A stretch of DNA of 64,000 nucleotides, taken from the NCBI GenBank assembly GCA_002104945.1, contig MCFH01000027.1, positions 613,626 through 677,625 on the forward strand. Reading direction: 5' to 3'. The position numbers and the translations under genes are program-made. The DNA comes from Piromyces finnis finn. Its lineage: Eukaryota > Fungi > Neocallimastigomycota. Shown here one piece after another: positions 23,757 to 35,476 of this stretch. Position 1 is the stretch's first letter. Each line of letters starts with the position of its first letter. Under the pieces are notes generated by a model that searched no databases, had not been told where the DNA came from, and was given only the letters and a program-made list of their open reading frames with translations.

Positions 23757-25085
23757 TTATTCTTCTTCTGGTATATCTTGATCATATTCACAATAATAGT
23801 TTTCTTCGTGGGAATCATGACAATGACATGGATGATGTTGATGATAGATATCTCTTTGTACTGATTTATAACATTCTTCAGTTGGTAAATTTTCTTCCGT
23901 TATCATTTCTGTTGTATCATTATTTCTTTGCTTTTTAATTGCCGTAGTTGCACTTTTTTGTGAAGAAATTGGATCACTTTCAAAAGTATGTTGTTTTTCA
24001 TATTCATCTTCAAATTTAGCAATTGTACTTGCACCTGGTGGAAGAGTCCACCATGAATCTATTTTTGGTTCTGCATGTGAAAATTTTTTCATCTTAAATA
24101 AATTTCTTGGATCTTCTTCTTTTTTTTGAACTCTTTTAGCAGCTAAATTACTTAATAAATTAGCTGGTGCTGCCATTCTTTCATAATGTTCATGTCTTAA
24201 CTTTTTTTTATTAAAATTTAAAAGGATTAAAATATTTATATGTGAATAGATTTTATTTATATTTTTTTTCATTAATACATCCAAAAATTATTTTTTTTTT
24301 TTTAAAAAAAAAAAAAAGAATATCGAATTATTATATTATTGGAAAAATTTTATATTTCCCATATTTTAAATATTGATAAATCAATAATACATAAATATAC
24401 AATAATCATAATTTAAAATATTAATAAAGAATTCCATTAGTAATTAAAAATATTAATATATTTATTTTTCTATTATATTTTATTTTATTTTATTCAATGA
24501 ATACCTTTTTCTTTTGTATTAATTCATTCTTTTTATCTTCTTCTTGTTTTTTTTCAAATTCTCTGTAATAATGATAAGAAATAACTTTATTGAATGGGGA
24601 AGGTGGTCTAATGATAGATCCAAGTAAAAAAGAAATAATTCAATATCATTTAAAAAAGGTGTTCGATAGATATATAATAATACATATTATTATATATGTA
24701 TTATTATATATTATACAATAATATAAGGATTACAAAATTTACCTGGTTGGAATACCATATGTAAATTCTGGATCTTTATCTGATGGAAGAATAACCTTTC
24801 TTCGATTTCGATAAACTTCTTCAGGACTAATAACTTTTTTTTTAACTTTTATTATATAAGGAATAAATTTTAAAATATTAATTATTTAATTGATGTAAAG
24901 ATACTATTATTATTATTAATTCTAATATCCTTTTTTTTATTTTTTCTATAAATATTATAATAATTGCCTTTACTATAATAATAGATAATAATGAAATAGG
25001 ATATTTACTTGACATTCTATTAGTTACATCTTTAACTTTTTTCTCTTGACGAAATGAGTTCACCTTCATAATAATATCAGTATTT
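23757..25085 (-). CDS. CFAP77: CFAP77-like axonemal protein (5' exons not resolved)
   Basis: Exons 25085-25009, 24833-24743, 24607-24505 and 24200-23757 join in frame. Motifs LPSDKDPEFTYGIPTRPPSPFNKVISYHY and LFKMKKFSHAEPKIDSW resemble CFAP77 (FGxxxRPSTP, WxMxxF). Confidence 0.65.
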
Positions 25086-25992
25086 CTATGAAAAATTATC
25101 GAGATAGTTGATATATAATATATTTATATACTTTTTTAATATTCTTATTTTTTCAATTCAATATTGATTGTAATTATAATTGAGGAATTATAAATTAATA
25201 ATAATGAAAGCTTATTGTATTTCTCTTCTTAATATATATATATATATAATGGATTATAATAATATCTTGTGTATATTTAATTACTATACAATCTTTATTT
25301 AATACTATTATTAATATTAATCTTTTGTTTTATTAAAAATTAAAACAAACATTTAACTACTTTTTTATTAGAAATTGATAAATTGTTTATTATTATTTTT
25401 TTTTTTTTTTTGCTTATTTCACCTTAAATCAAAGTTTTTTAAAAAATAAAATTTTTCATATAGATAAATTAAAATTTTTATAATTTTTTTAATTTAAAAA
25501 ATAAAATCTTTTTTTTTTTTTTTTTTTTAAATTATAAAGTCTAAACAAAAGAAAAAAAGAAATACTTTTTTTATTTTTTTTTATCAACGATAAGTAATAA
25601 AATTTCATAATAATTATATTAACTATTATTAATAATTAATAACTGTATTAAAATATTCAAATAAATATAATATTATAATGAAATTTATAAATTTATACAT
25701 GTATTATTTTTAATCATATATTAGATATTGATATTTTTTAATTTCTTTTCATCTATTAATTTATTCAGAAAAAAAAAAAAAAATTATTAGTTTTTAACTT
25801 AGTAATAAACATGGATTTGGATTTTAAAGATTAATGAAATATCTTTTATTAAAAGTATTTTTTAATAATATTAAATTAATAGTTAAGCATGGTAATGAAA
25901 TATAATATTTTATCTTTTTTTATATTATAAAACTTTTGAACTTGTATTTTACATCATATTTTTTTTATTAATCTATTTAGTTATTTATTTAT

Positions 25993-26293
25993 TTATTTAT
26001 GTAAAAGCCGTTCTTTATTTTTAATTAAATTACTCCAATATATATTATGATTTTGGTCTTGCACAAATAACTCACCTTCATCCAATAATGTTAAATAAAA
26101 TTTGTATTTATTTAAAAGGTCATTTTTTTCATCGGTGTAGTTATTGCTGAAAATAAAGGATTAGGTATGCTTATCTTTTAATATAAATTCATCAATAGGA
26201 GAAAATGCAATATGATAATCACCTTCGAATAATTCAATGTTAGCAGGTCATAGAAAACCATGTAGTTCTTGAATTATCTTTAATAGCCATATT
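25993..26293 (-). pseudogene. C-terminal part of a bulb-type lectin-like pseudogene
   Basis: Translates as MAIKDNSRTTW, frameshift, ANIELFEGDYHIAFSPIDEFILKD, stop, LTLLDEGELFVQDQNHNIYWSN. These are B-lectin-like repeats. It continues the ORF that ends at 33388. Confidence 0.65.
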
Positions 26294-27431
26294 CTAGTAA
26301 TTTTAATTAAATTAAGAAAGCCACTATTATATCAAAGTATAATAATTGTATTTGACTTCCAATGGTACACCGTGTCAAAGATCAAATTTTATCATGGGAC
26401 AAAATTAAGATTTCTATTAGTTGCGCTGACCCTCCTGATCTGTCTTACTGTTTCTTTAGCATTGACGCTCTTGAATGTAGCAATCAGTGATTGGAATGAG
26501 TTTTCCTGCTAAATAAAACGTTGGATCTTTCTTGTTCTGATTTTCTAATGATTCAGGTCGAATCATCATTGTTGAAAATTTCTGGATACCAAATTCCATT
26601 TCATTATACAAAGCCCATTCGTTAACTCTCTTTAGCAACTTTTTTAAACATCTTCTTGATGGAGCACAAATAACTATATCATCTGCAAAAAGTCCACCAC
26701 AGCATCTATTGCCTCCTAAATTAACACCGAAATCTTCGCACTCTTTAAAAATATCATTAATAATGAGATTAAAAAGAATAAGAGAAAGTGGGCATCTTTG
26801 ACGGACTCCTTTCTTCTTATCAAAATATCTCGAGGATTGTCTATCTAATTTGACATTAACTTTAGATGTTAAATATAAATTTTTGATGAATTGTAAACTC
26901 TTACCTCTAATTCCTAAACAATCTAATTTATGGAGAATACTACCGATTGGGACTGAATCGTATACTTTTCTGAGATCTAAAAAGGCTAAATATGTCTCTT
27001 TATTATCTAATTGACGTCTACGACATATTTCTTGGATTGAAATGAAAAGACTGACATTTTCTTCCCTTTTACGAAATCTAAATTGTTTGAGTCTAATGAA
27101 ATTATTTTTAAGACCATATTTTCCAAAATTCTAGTGATGGCAATTTTCGAGATCAACTTAATACCATTATTGATAAGTGATATGCCTTGGTAATTATCAC
27201 AATTTGTCAAGTCTTCCTTCTTAGGAATAGAAACAATACTGGATTCATAAATTATCCATCCCAAATACGGTTGAATAATTTATGAATAATATTTAAACCA
27301 TTAGTATCAATATCTGAAGTGACATTACCAGAATAATTATTATTTGTAGCATTATTAGAATCATTACTTGAAGAAATTAATACTTTGTAAAAATTCAATT
27401 GGAACACCATCCGGACCCGATGCTTTATAAT
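26294..27431 (-). mobile_element. Older antisense LINE relic, 3' portion
   Basis: Homologous to the LINE RT region and 3' UTR. A ~1.34-kb internal deletion lies at ~26478 (ACA microhomology). Many stops and frameshifts, no poly(A). Confidence 0.92.
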
Positions 27432-27677
27432 CCCTCTTGGGAACGTGCCTTCATTTATTTAATAAATGTAGTTTCTCAAGGGGGTCTACTCATGCTCATG
27501 GTACTGAGAGAGTAGAAAGAATTAAATCCAAGTATTGCGCAATGGATGCTTGGTGCCCTCTTAGGAACGTGCCTTCATTTATTTAATAATGGAGTTTATC
27601 AAGGGGGTCTACTCATGCTCATGGTACTGAGAGAGTAGAAAGAATTAAATCCAAGCATTGCGCAATGGATGCTTGGT
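27432..27677 (+). repeat. Tandem dimer of the LINE 5' monomer (27432-27555 and 27556-27677)
   Basis: Direct repeat of ~124 bp with about 6 differences between units. Confidence 0.92.
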
Positions 27678-28329
27678 TAGTCTTTAAGGGAAAATTATTA
27701 GGACTAAGCTCATGGTACTGAGCGATTAAAAACATTTTATTCATCGAATTTAAGTATTTGATGAATAAGTTGAATGTTTGATACTCAGGTAAGTTTGTAT
27801 AGTATTTAATTAGAAGAGTAATACATTTTGTTGCTGTATTTTTTTCTTTTATTCATGTATTCATATAGTACTACTCTTCTCTTGTAAGAATCCAATGTAG
27901 TCAACTTTAGCATTTGCATTGTATTTTTATATTCATGTAGCTATTGTTGTATTGTTTCTTGTAAGAGACTGATTCACTCTACATCATGTAAAAATACTAT
28001 TCACAAGCTTTCTGGTGTCGACATTCTTGATTCAAATTTTTTACCAATTTAAATATTTAATGAAAAGTAAAGTCAAACAATTTTAGTGTCAAAAAGCGAA
28101 TCGAATTTACTAACAACAAACCAAAACTAGAATTTTTAAAGAAAATTTACAACTAGAATTCAAAAAAAAAAAAAAAAGAAACTTTAAACAAAGCATCGTA
28201 ACAATTTTTGTACTATCCAGTACTTTTAAGAAGAGAGAGAGAGACAGATTTTTTTCCATATACGTTATATTTGTAATTTTTATTAGTATTTATTTTATAT
28301 TCAATTTTTTTTAATTAGAATTAATTATC

Positions 28330-31300
28330 ATGTCAGTCCTTTATATTAAAGATAAGAATTATATCAGACGTGGTACCCGGTCTTTTGGTATCCCCTTAGA
28401 TGATATTCGCTCCTTCTTTATCCGTGGTATTCGATCATGGTCAGTAAATATGCTATGGGAAAAACTCGAGGTTATTCTAGAAGATAAATTTAATTCAGTT
28501 ATTAGTGTTAAATATTTTCAGACTTTCAATGATCACTTTTTCTTAGTCAAGGTTCATGGTTCATCAAAAGATTGTATTAAAATCTTACACATGTTAAAGA
28601 AGAAACTTTCAGTTACCTCAATTTCCTTTTCAGCTCGTAGTAGAAGGAATCACAAATACACTTTTTCCACTCTCAAACGTAAAATTTTAGTTTCTAATAA
28701 ACATCAACATTCTATTCAACAATCATTTCAACAATCAGTTCAACAATCTCATCAACAATCCGATCTTCAACAAGATCTTCAACAAGATCTTCAACAAGTT
28801 TCCCATCATGAAAATATTCCAGATCTACAGCAAACACAATTTCAATCCCAACATTCAACAATTAATTCTAATAGTTCTATCAACTCTGATAACAGTTCAA
28901 TAGTTGATAGTTCTTCAGTTTCACAGCCATCTAGTAATAGTTCTACTTATTCCTCTGATGCATCATCCATTAATAACGATGACTTTAATAATAATAATAA
29001 TAGCAACGATTCTTCCTCATCCAACAAGCCTGATAACTTTTCTTTTTGTCTTAGTTGGAACACCAATGGGTGGAATCACGAAAAGAGAGATAGTATTAGC
29101 TATTTCACAGCTATTTTCAAACCATTATTTTTATGTTTCCAAGAAACTGGTAATGGTTCTGGTTCGAATACAGATTATCCTTGTCGTGTTACTTTGCGAA
29201 ACTATAGACACTTTTTCAAGAAAGCTGACGAATCAGTTCCGGGAATGAGAGGTTTATATTTAGGTTTTCACAATTCATGTCAAGCCTCACTTGAAAACTT
29301 CTCTGGAAAGTATATTATTTCTATTTATACTTTTAGTCTCTGGAATAGATTCAAATGCTCGATTGGAAATGTTTATATGCCTCATAGTCATCACAACATC
29401 TATGTTGATCATGCAAAGTTAGAAGTTCGCTTGTGGTTACAAACTCATTCATCCCATCCATCGATTCTTGTTGGTGATTTTAATATGTCTAAAGTAAAAT
29501 TATCCAACTGGTTATCAACTAATGGATTAGGAGATTGGGAAATTCTTCCGCTTAGAGGGTCGACTATCTCTTGGACTCGAGGTGATCAATCTTCCGACAT
29601 TGGCCATGCTCTTATCAATTCGAAGATGAAAGATCTTATTCACTCAGGATCATTTATAAATAATTTTTATCCTGTATCAGACCATAAGCCACTTCTTATT
29701 AATGGTAAAATTATTCCTATGGAAGATTTTTCTAATGACTTTAATGTTCCTAAGAAAATTCTGAAATGGAATAGATTAAAATGTATTGAGGAAAAGGAAT
29801 CTATTCTCAGTCATAATAAATTCCAAATACTTTCAGCAAAATTCAACGATCCTAATGTTTCTACAGATGAACTTTCCAAAGAGTTTACTTCAACTGCTTT
29901 TTCAATTGCAGACGAGCTCAGTATTACCTCAGCAAATAATGTTATAAAGTCTTCATTTCATATTTCACAACAAATTTTTAATCTTCAAAAAATCAAAATG
30001 AAGTTGTATAAGAGATTTAAAAAAGAAAGAATTTATGATATAGATGAATTTATTAAAAGAATTAAAATCTACCGTAAGCTCATTGATTACATCCACAAAA
30101 GATGTAATGAATTTAGGAAACAAGAATATCTTCATTGGATTAAAACAGGATGTGAGTATATGAAGAGTCATAATCCTAAGAAGGCCTGGAAATGGATCAA
30201 GAAAACTGCAAAAATTGGAAAAGATTCTTTCTTTATTGCTCAACCAATTAAAAATAAAAATGGAGAATTAGTTGTTGCTACGGAAGAACAACTAGATGTG
30301 TGGCATGATCATTTCGAAAATCTTGCATCAGATCCAAGTGGTGTAAGTCTTGATTTGGAGCATTGGTATGAAGAACCAACGAATAAACGTTTTTCACTTC
30401 CTATGCTTGATGAGTGGGATATCAACCAAGATATTAGTATTGATGAAGTCAAGTCAGCTATCCTCACTACTCCAAATTATAAAGCATCAGGTCCGGATGG
30501 TATTCCAATTGAATTTTACAAAGCATTAATTCCATCAAGTAATGATTCTAATAATGCTACAGGTAATAATTCTTCTGGTAATACTACTTCAGATAATGAT
30601 GCTCATGGTTTAAATTTTATTCTTAAATTATTTAACCGTATTTGGGATGGGGATTTCCCCAACTCATGGAATGAATCCAGTATTGTTTCTATTCCTAAGA
30701 AGGGAGATTTGACAGATTGTGATAACTATCGAGGTATATCACTTATCAATAATGGTATTAAGTTGATCTCCAAAATTGTCACCACTAGAATCTCAGAATA
30801 TGGTCTAAAGAATAATTTCATTAGACCTGAACAATTTGGTTTTCGAAAAAAGGAAGAAAGTATCAGTCTTTTCATTTCAATCCAAGAAATATGCCGTAGA
30901 CGTCAATTAGATAATAAAGAGACATATTTGGCCTTTTTAGATCTCAGGAAAGCATACGATTCAGTCCCAATCGGTAATATTCTCCATAAATTAGATTGTT
31001 TAGGAATTAGAGGTAAGAGTTTACAATTCATCAAAAATTTATATTTAACATCTAAGGCTAATGTCAAATTAGATGGACAATTCTCGAAATCTTTTGATGT
31101 GAAGAAAGGAGTCCGTCAAGGTTGCCCACTTTCGCCTATTCTTTTTAATCTCTTTATTAATGATATATTTAAAGAGTGTGAAGATCTCGGAGTCAGTTTA
31201 GGTGACACTCGATGCTGTGGTGGACTTTTTGCAGATGATATAGTTATTTGTGCTCCAACAAGAGGATGCTTAAAAAAGATGCTTAGAAGAGTTAATGAAT

Positions 31301-32868
31301 GGGCCTTGTATAATGAAATGGAATTTGGTATCCAGAAATGTTCAACGATGGTGATTCGTCCTGAATCAATAGAAAATCAGAACAAGAGAGATCCAACATT
31401 TTACTTAGCAGGACAACCCATTCCAACTACTGACTGCTACACTTATCTTGGTGTTCCATTTGATAAGAATCTGTCCCTTAAACCAGTTATTAAAACTCTT
31501 AATAACAAAGTTTTGAAAGGACTTTTCTCAGTCAGTAAATTCTTAAGAAATCCTAATATTCCTATTCCTTTCAAAAAACTAGTACTTAACTCTCAAGTGA
31601 TTAGCAGAGTTTCATACTTTGCACCATTACTTGGATCCAACAAAGCTAGGTCTAGGATTGCTCAGAAGCATGTTAACAAAGGAATACGATGGGTTGCCGG
31701 AGTTCATAAAGCTGTATCGTTTATATCTTTATACTCTATCTCAAAAGATTTGAATATTCCTCCATTGTCAGCCAAATGTGCGTTAGCTCAGGTTAGATGT
31801 TTTAACAAATGGAAAAACTCAAATTGTATTATCTCACACCTTGTCAATTACATTCCTAAATTTAGAAAATACACGTGGTGCAAATCAAGTAGGACACTTG
31901 ATAAAAAATTAAAGAAACATGGAGATGTTAAAGCAGTTAAAAACTTTTATTGGAAAGATCTCAAAGGGAATTCAATCAAAGCGCAATATTATGATGATAA
32001 TAAATTTATTGAAACTAAAGATTTTATTAAATTATGTTATGAGTACCCAGAGTTTGCCTATGGCTTCTACTGGCTATTGAAAGCAAGAAGCGGATATAAG
32101 TTGGATGCTAGAGTTGCCAAAGCTGCTAAATTTGTTGATCCAGTTTGTCCTAACTACTGTCCATGTTGCAAGTGTGGAGATCAAAGTATTAAACATTGGT
32201 TATTAGATTGTCCAACATTTAGAGATATCCGTATTAAACATTATGATTCCATAGTCCAGCTATTAAATTTTTTCAGTCAACGTAATTCCAATAGTCCTAT
32301 CAATAATAATGAAATTGATAATGTCAGTAGAGATAGCAATAACAGTAATAGTAATAGTAACAATAATAATAATAACAATAGTAATAATAACAATAGTAGT
32401 AATAGTAATAATAGAAATAGTAATAATAACAATAGTAGTAATAGAAATAATAATATTAATAATGATAGCAATAGTGAAGATAATAATTCTAATTTAGATA
32501 GTAATTTAGTTAATGATAGTAATAGTTCTAATAATCCGGTGAATATTAATGTGTATGATTATTCTAGTGTGTGCAGTAAAATATTTAAATTCCTTCTTGG
32601 GGGAAGAAGTTTTAACAATATTAATTACAATTCAAGGGAATGGAAAGAACTTTGTAAGCGTCAGATTCAATCTGGTACTAATGAAGGAGCACCATTCTTG
32701 ACGGTAACCGCGGAACTTCTAACCAAAATCATGCCTTTTGCTATTGGCCAGCAATGGTCAATGTTCAAAAGGTTTGAAGCAACATCCAAGAGCGTCAATG
32801 CTGAAGAAACAGTAAGACAGGCCAGGAGGGCCAGCGCAACCAATGGAGATCATAATTTTGTTCCATGA
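28330..32868 (+). CDS. LINE polyprotein, copy 2 (1512 aa)
   Basis: Same motifs as 1027-5565. Has QET intact but DIGH in place of DIDH. Confidence 0.97.
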   Translation: MSVLYIKDKNYIRRGTRSFGIPLDDIRSFFIRGIRSWSVNMLWEKLEVILEDKFNSVISVKYFQTFNDHFFLVKVHGSSKDCIKILHMLKKKLSVTSISFSARSRRNHKYTFSTLKRKILVSNKHQHSIQQSFQQSVQQSHQQSDLQQDLQQDLQQVSHHENIPDLQQTQFQSQHSTINSNSSINSDNSSIVDSSSVSQPSSNSSTYSSDASSINNDDFNNNNNSNDSSSSNKPDNFSFCLSWNTNGWNHEKRDSISYFTAIFKPLFLCFQETGNGSGSNTDYPCRVTLRNYRHFFKKADESVPGMRGLYLGFHNSCQASLENFSGKYIISIYTFSLWNRFKCSIGNVYMPHSHHNIYVDHAKLEVRLWLQTHSSHPSILVGDFNMSKVKLSNWLSTNGLGDWEILPLRGSTISWTRGDQSSDIGHALINSKMKDLIHSGSFINNFYPVSDHKPLLINGKIIPMEDFSNDFNVPKKILKWNRLKCIEEKESILSHNKFQILSAKFNDPNVSTDELSKEFTSTAFSIADELSITSANNVIKSSFHISQQIFNLQKIKMKLYKRFKKERIYDIDEFIKRIKIYRKLIDYIHKRCNEFRKQEYLHWIKTGCEYMKSHNPKKAWKWIKKTAKIGKDSFFIAQPIKNKNGELVVATEEQLDVWHDHFENLASDPSGVSLDLEHWYEEPTNKRFSLPMLDEWDINQDISIDEVKSAILTTPNYKASGPDGIPIEFYKALIPSSNDSNNATGNNSSGNTTSDNDAHGLNFILKLFNRIWDGDFPNSWNESSIVSIPKKGDLTDCDNYRGISLINNGIKLISKIVTTRISEYGLKNNFIRPEQFGFRKKEESISLFISIQEICRRRQLDNKETYLAFLDLRKAYDSVPIGNILHKLDCLGIRGKSLQFIKNLYLTSKANVKLDGQFSKSFDVKKGVRQGCPLSPILFNLFINDIFKECEDLGVSLGDTRCCGGLFADDIVICAPTRGCLKKMLRRVNEWALYNEMEFGIQKCSTMVIRPESIENQNKRDPTFYLAGQPIPTTDCYTYLGVPFDKNLSLKPVIKTLNNKVLKGLFSVSKFLRNPNIPIPFKKLVLNSQVISRVSYFAPLLGSNKARSRIAQKHVNKGIRWVAGVHKAVSFISLYSISKDLNIPPLSAKCALAQVRCFNKWKNSNCIISHLVNYIPKFRKYTWCKSSRTLDKKLKKHGDVKAVKNFYWKDLKGNSIKAQYYDDNKFIETKDFIKLCYEYPEFAYGFYWLLKARSGYKLDARVAKAAKFVDPVCPNYCPCCKCGDQSIKHWLLDCPTFRDIRIKHYDSIVQLLNFFSQRNSNSPINNNEIDNVSRDSNNSNSNSNNNNNNNSNNNNSSNSNNRNSNNNNSSNRNNNINNDSNSEDNNSNLDSNLVNDSNSSNNPVNINVYDYSSVCSKIFKFLLGGRSFNNINYNSREWKELCKRQIQSGTNEGAPFLTVTAELLTKIMPFAIGQQWSMFKRFEATSKSVNAEETVRQARRASATNGDHNFVP

Positions 32869-33102
32869 CAAAATTTTGATCTTTGGCTCGGTGTCCCATT
32901 GGAAGTCAAATACAATTATTATACTTTAGTATGATAGTGGCTTTCTTACTTTAATTAAAATTACTAGAATACATTATACCCAATTTTTATTCATTTGTGT
33001 TTATTTAAACATATTTTTTTTATTTTTATTTATTTTTAATTTTTTATTACATGTATTATAATTTTAATTAAATTAATAATAAAGTTTAAAATATTTGATG
33101 CC

Positions 33103-33142
<40 letters not shown>

Positions 33143-33144
<2 letters not shown>

Positions 33145-33387
33145 CTTTATAATTAGGAGTAATAGAGAGGATAGCTGACTTGACTTTATTAATACTAATA
33201 TCTTGGTTGATATCCTATTTATCAAGCATAGGGAGTGAAAAACGCTTATTTATTGGTTCTTCATACCAATGCTCCAAATCGAGACTTACACTACTTGGAT
33301 CAAATGCAAAATTTTCGAAATAGTCATGCTAAACCTCTAGTTGTTCTTTCGTAGCAACAACTAAATCTCCACTTTTATTTTTAGTTG
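33143..33387 (-). mobile_element. Older antisense LINE relic, 5' portion (continues 26294-27431)
   Basis: The reverse complement matches LINE nt ~2940-3180 and joins 27431 seamlessly once copy 2 and one TSD are removed. Confidence 0.92.
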
Positions 33388-34900
33388 ATATTACCAGTAT
33401 CCTGAATAAAGAATCTATACCTTTTATTATTTGAAACCAAAGCTTTTTCTTGTCCTAATACGTTTCCACAATTCATTTCAATAGTATTGGTATTAAGATC
33501 TTTTACGGATTTTTTGAGAATATTGTGTTTATAACCATAGGTATCGTCAGTTTGAATAGTTGTATCGATAATTAATGGATATACATATTTAACTGGGAAA
33601 GCATATTCTTTATAGCTTTGTTGTGTTCCATATATTTCCCATTGTTTTACACCTACACCATCGTATAATGAAACGGTAGCTCCAATTGTAGGATCATGTA
33701 TATCATTAGGTCTATATTCACTTATATATAAATAATAACCTTTATTATCTGGAAAGCCTACATTGAATGGTAAGTCTTTTGGGGTTCATTACCAAAAGAC
33801 TTACCATCATTATTCATAGTTATTCCCTCATTAAAGTTTGGTGATGGATCTGAAGTACTTATACCATTAGATCACAAAATATCTTTACTTGTACATGTAT
33901 TAATATTAGAACCTCTTCACAAAATTAATTCACCTGTAGGTAATAGTCCAAAACTGTAAGTAACCTTTTTTTGTTGTTATATATTTACCTGGTATTAAGT
34001 TACCTTTATCTTTACCAGATGATATAGTATTAAGAACTTTACCATCTTCTTTATAAAATATAAATCTATTAATATTAGGATTAACTAAATCATCATTATA
34101 AATTTTTGTATCATCCCATGATGTTGAAGTGAATATGTAAATTTTTTAAATTCTACAGGAAACTTTTATTATATCAAATCTTTGTTTTGGATATTTCTTC
34201 GGATTTACTCCAATTTGTTTCGTTGGCCACATCTCTTCCATCAGTTACAGCATGAGAATAATCCTCATTAAATGTATAAGTATGGGCCTTTTCAGAACTA
34301 GTAGTGTGAGTATCTTCGGAATTTTTAGTAGTAGATTCGTTCGTTGTATTAATTACATATTGTGAGTATTTTCAAAAGATTTGGAAAATCCTTTTGTTGT
34401 ATTTCCATTGGTAGAATCTGATACAACAACAAGTGAATGGGCTAATTCGATAGGTCTATTTTGTTCTTCTGTATAGGTATCACCTTTAATAATTGTTTTA
34501 CCAGCTGATTTATGATAAAATTGGCCATTTTCACTGCTTATACTGATTGTATCTTGAATTTCATCATTATACGAAATAGTACATGTCATCATTACTAGAA
34601 TCAGTATAATATGGATCAACTATTTTGATCATACCACTATATAGACGCAAAACTCTTTACTTGAAATACTTTCAACATTTTCAATATCTTCAATATTTTC
34701 AGTATTCTCAATACCTTCAGTAAATTCGGTACTTTCAGTACCTTCTGTAAATACAATACTATCTGTAAATTCAATACCTTTAATAAATTCAATATCTTCA
34801 ATGTTTTTGGTACTTTCAGCACTTTCAATATCTGTTATATTAATAGATTTTGTACTAATACTAGTTATATAACTAGTAATAAATAATTGTTTTAATATTT
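33388..34900 (-). pseudogene. N-terminal part of a probably secreted, Ser/Thr-rich, bulb-lectin-like protein gene
   Basis: Acidic tripeptide-like repeats, Ser/Thr-rich segments and lectin-like repeats (FGLLPTGELIL*, KDIL*SNG, ALVSNNKRYRFFIQDTGN). Multiple stops and frameshifts. The upstream boundary is approximate. Confidence 0.65.
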
Positions 34901-34979
34901 TATTATTTTTTATTAAATTGTTTAAAATTAATAAAAAATCAGTTTATGAATACAATATCTTTACTATAAAAAAATATGA

Positions 34980-35435
34980 CTATATGAAAGGGGGTTACTG
35001 ACTCGTTAGGTAATCTTATATGTTCATCTCCATCATAATAATTTGAATTTATATTAAAATTAAGTACAGAATTAAACTTTTCATCAATTTCTTTTATCAA
35101 TAACAGTCTAAATTTTTTTACTGAAAAGGAAACCTTGTTTTTAATATAAAAGTAATTTTAAAATAAAATTATTATCATATTTAAAATTCTCATCAATTTC
35201 AAAATCTCTATCATACTTGTAATTTTCATACTTTTCTAATATTTCTTTTCTTATTATGTCACTTTCTTCATAATTTCTTGGCTTTAAAATTGAACAAATT
35301 AAAAATTTAATATCTTCGGCATCAAAGCGACCTTCATAATACAAATTATATTCTTTAAGATATTTTATTCAGAATCTTTTTTATTTTTATAATAATCTAA
35401 ATTATTCATATTATTTTCTAAAAAATTATATTTAA
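34980..35435 (-). pseudogene. Frameshifted fragment of an unknown ORF
   Basis: Coding-like pieces (LENNMNNLDYYKNKK, YYEGRFDAEDIKFLICSILKPRNYEES...KLLLY) lie in different frames. Family not recognised. Confidence 0.4.
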
Positions 35436-35476
35436 TGTTTCATTTTTTTTAATTTATAATTTAATTATAATAAACT

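Larger units (their letters stand above)
27432..33142 (+). mobile_element. Full-length LINE, copy 2, nested in an antisense relic
   Basis: Same CCCTCTTGGG start, two 5' monomers and poly(A) at 33106-33142. 12-bp TSD ATGCTTTATAAT (27420-27431 and 33142-33153). Confidence 0.97.

Noticed and set aside
262-33142. Segmental duplication or assembly duplication explaining the two 5.6-kb copies
   Set aside because: Similarity stops exactly at the element ends, and each copy has its own distinct TSD, so these are independent insertions.
33388-34900. RIP-like hypermutation (TGG-to-TGA stops in the pseudogene, transitions in the relics)
   Set aside because: There are too few events, and the two 99%-identical LINEs show no directional C-to-T excess.
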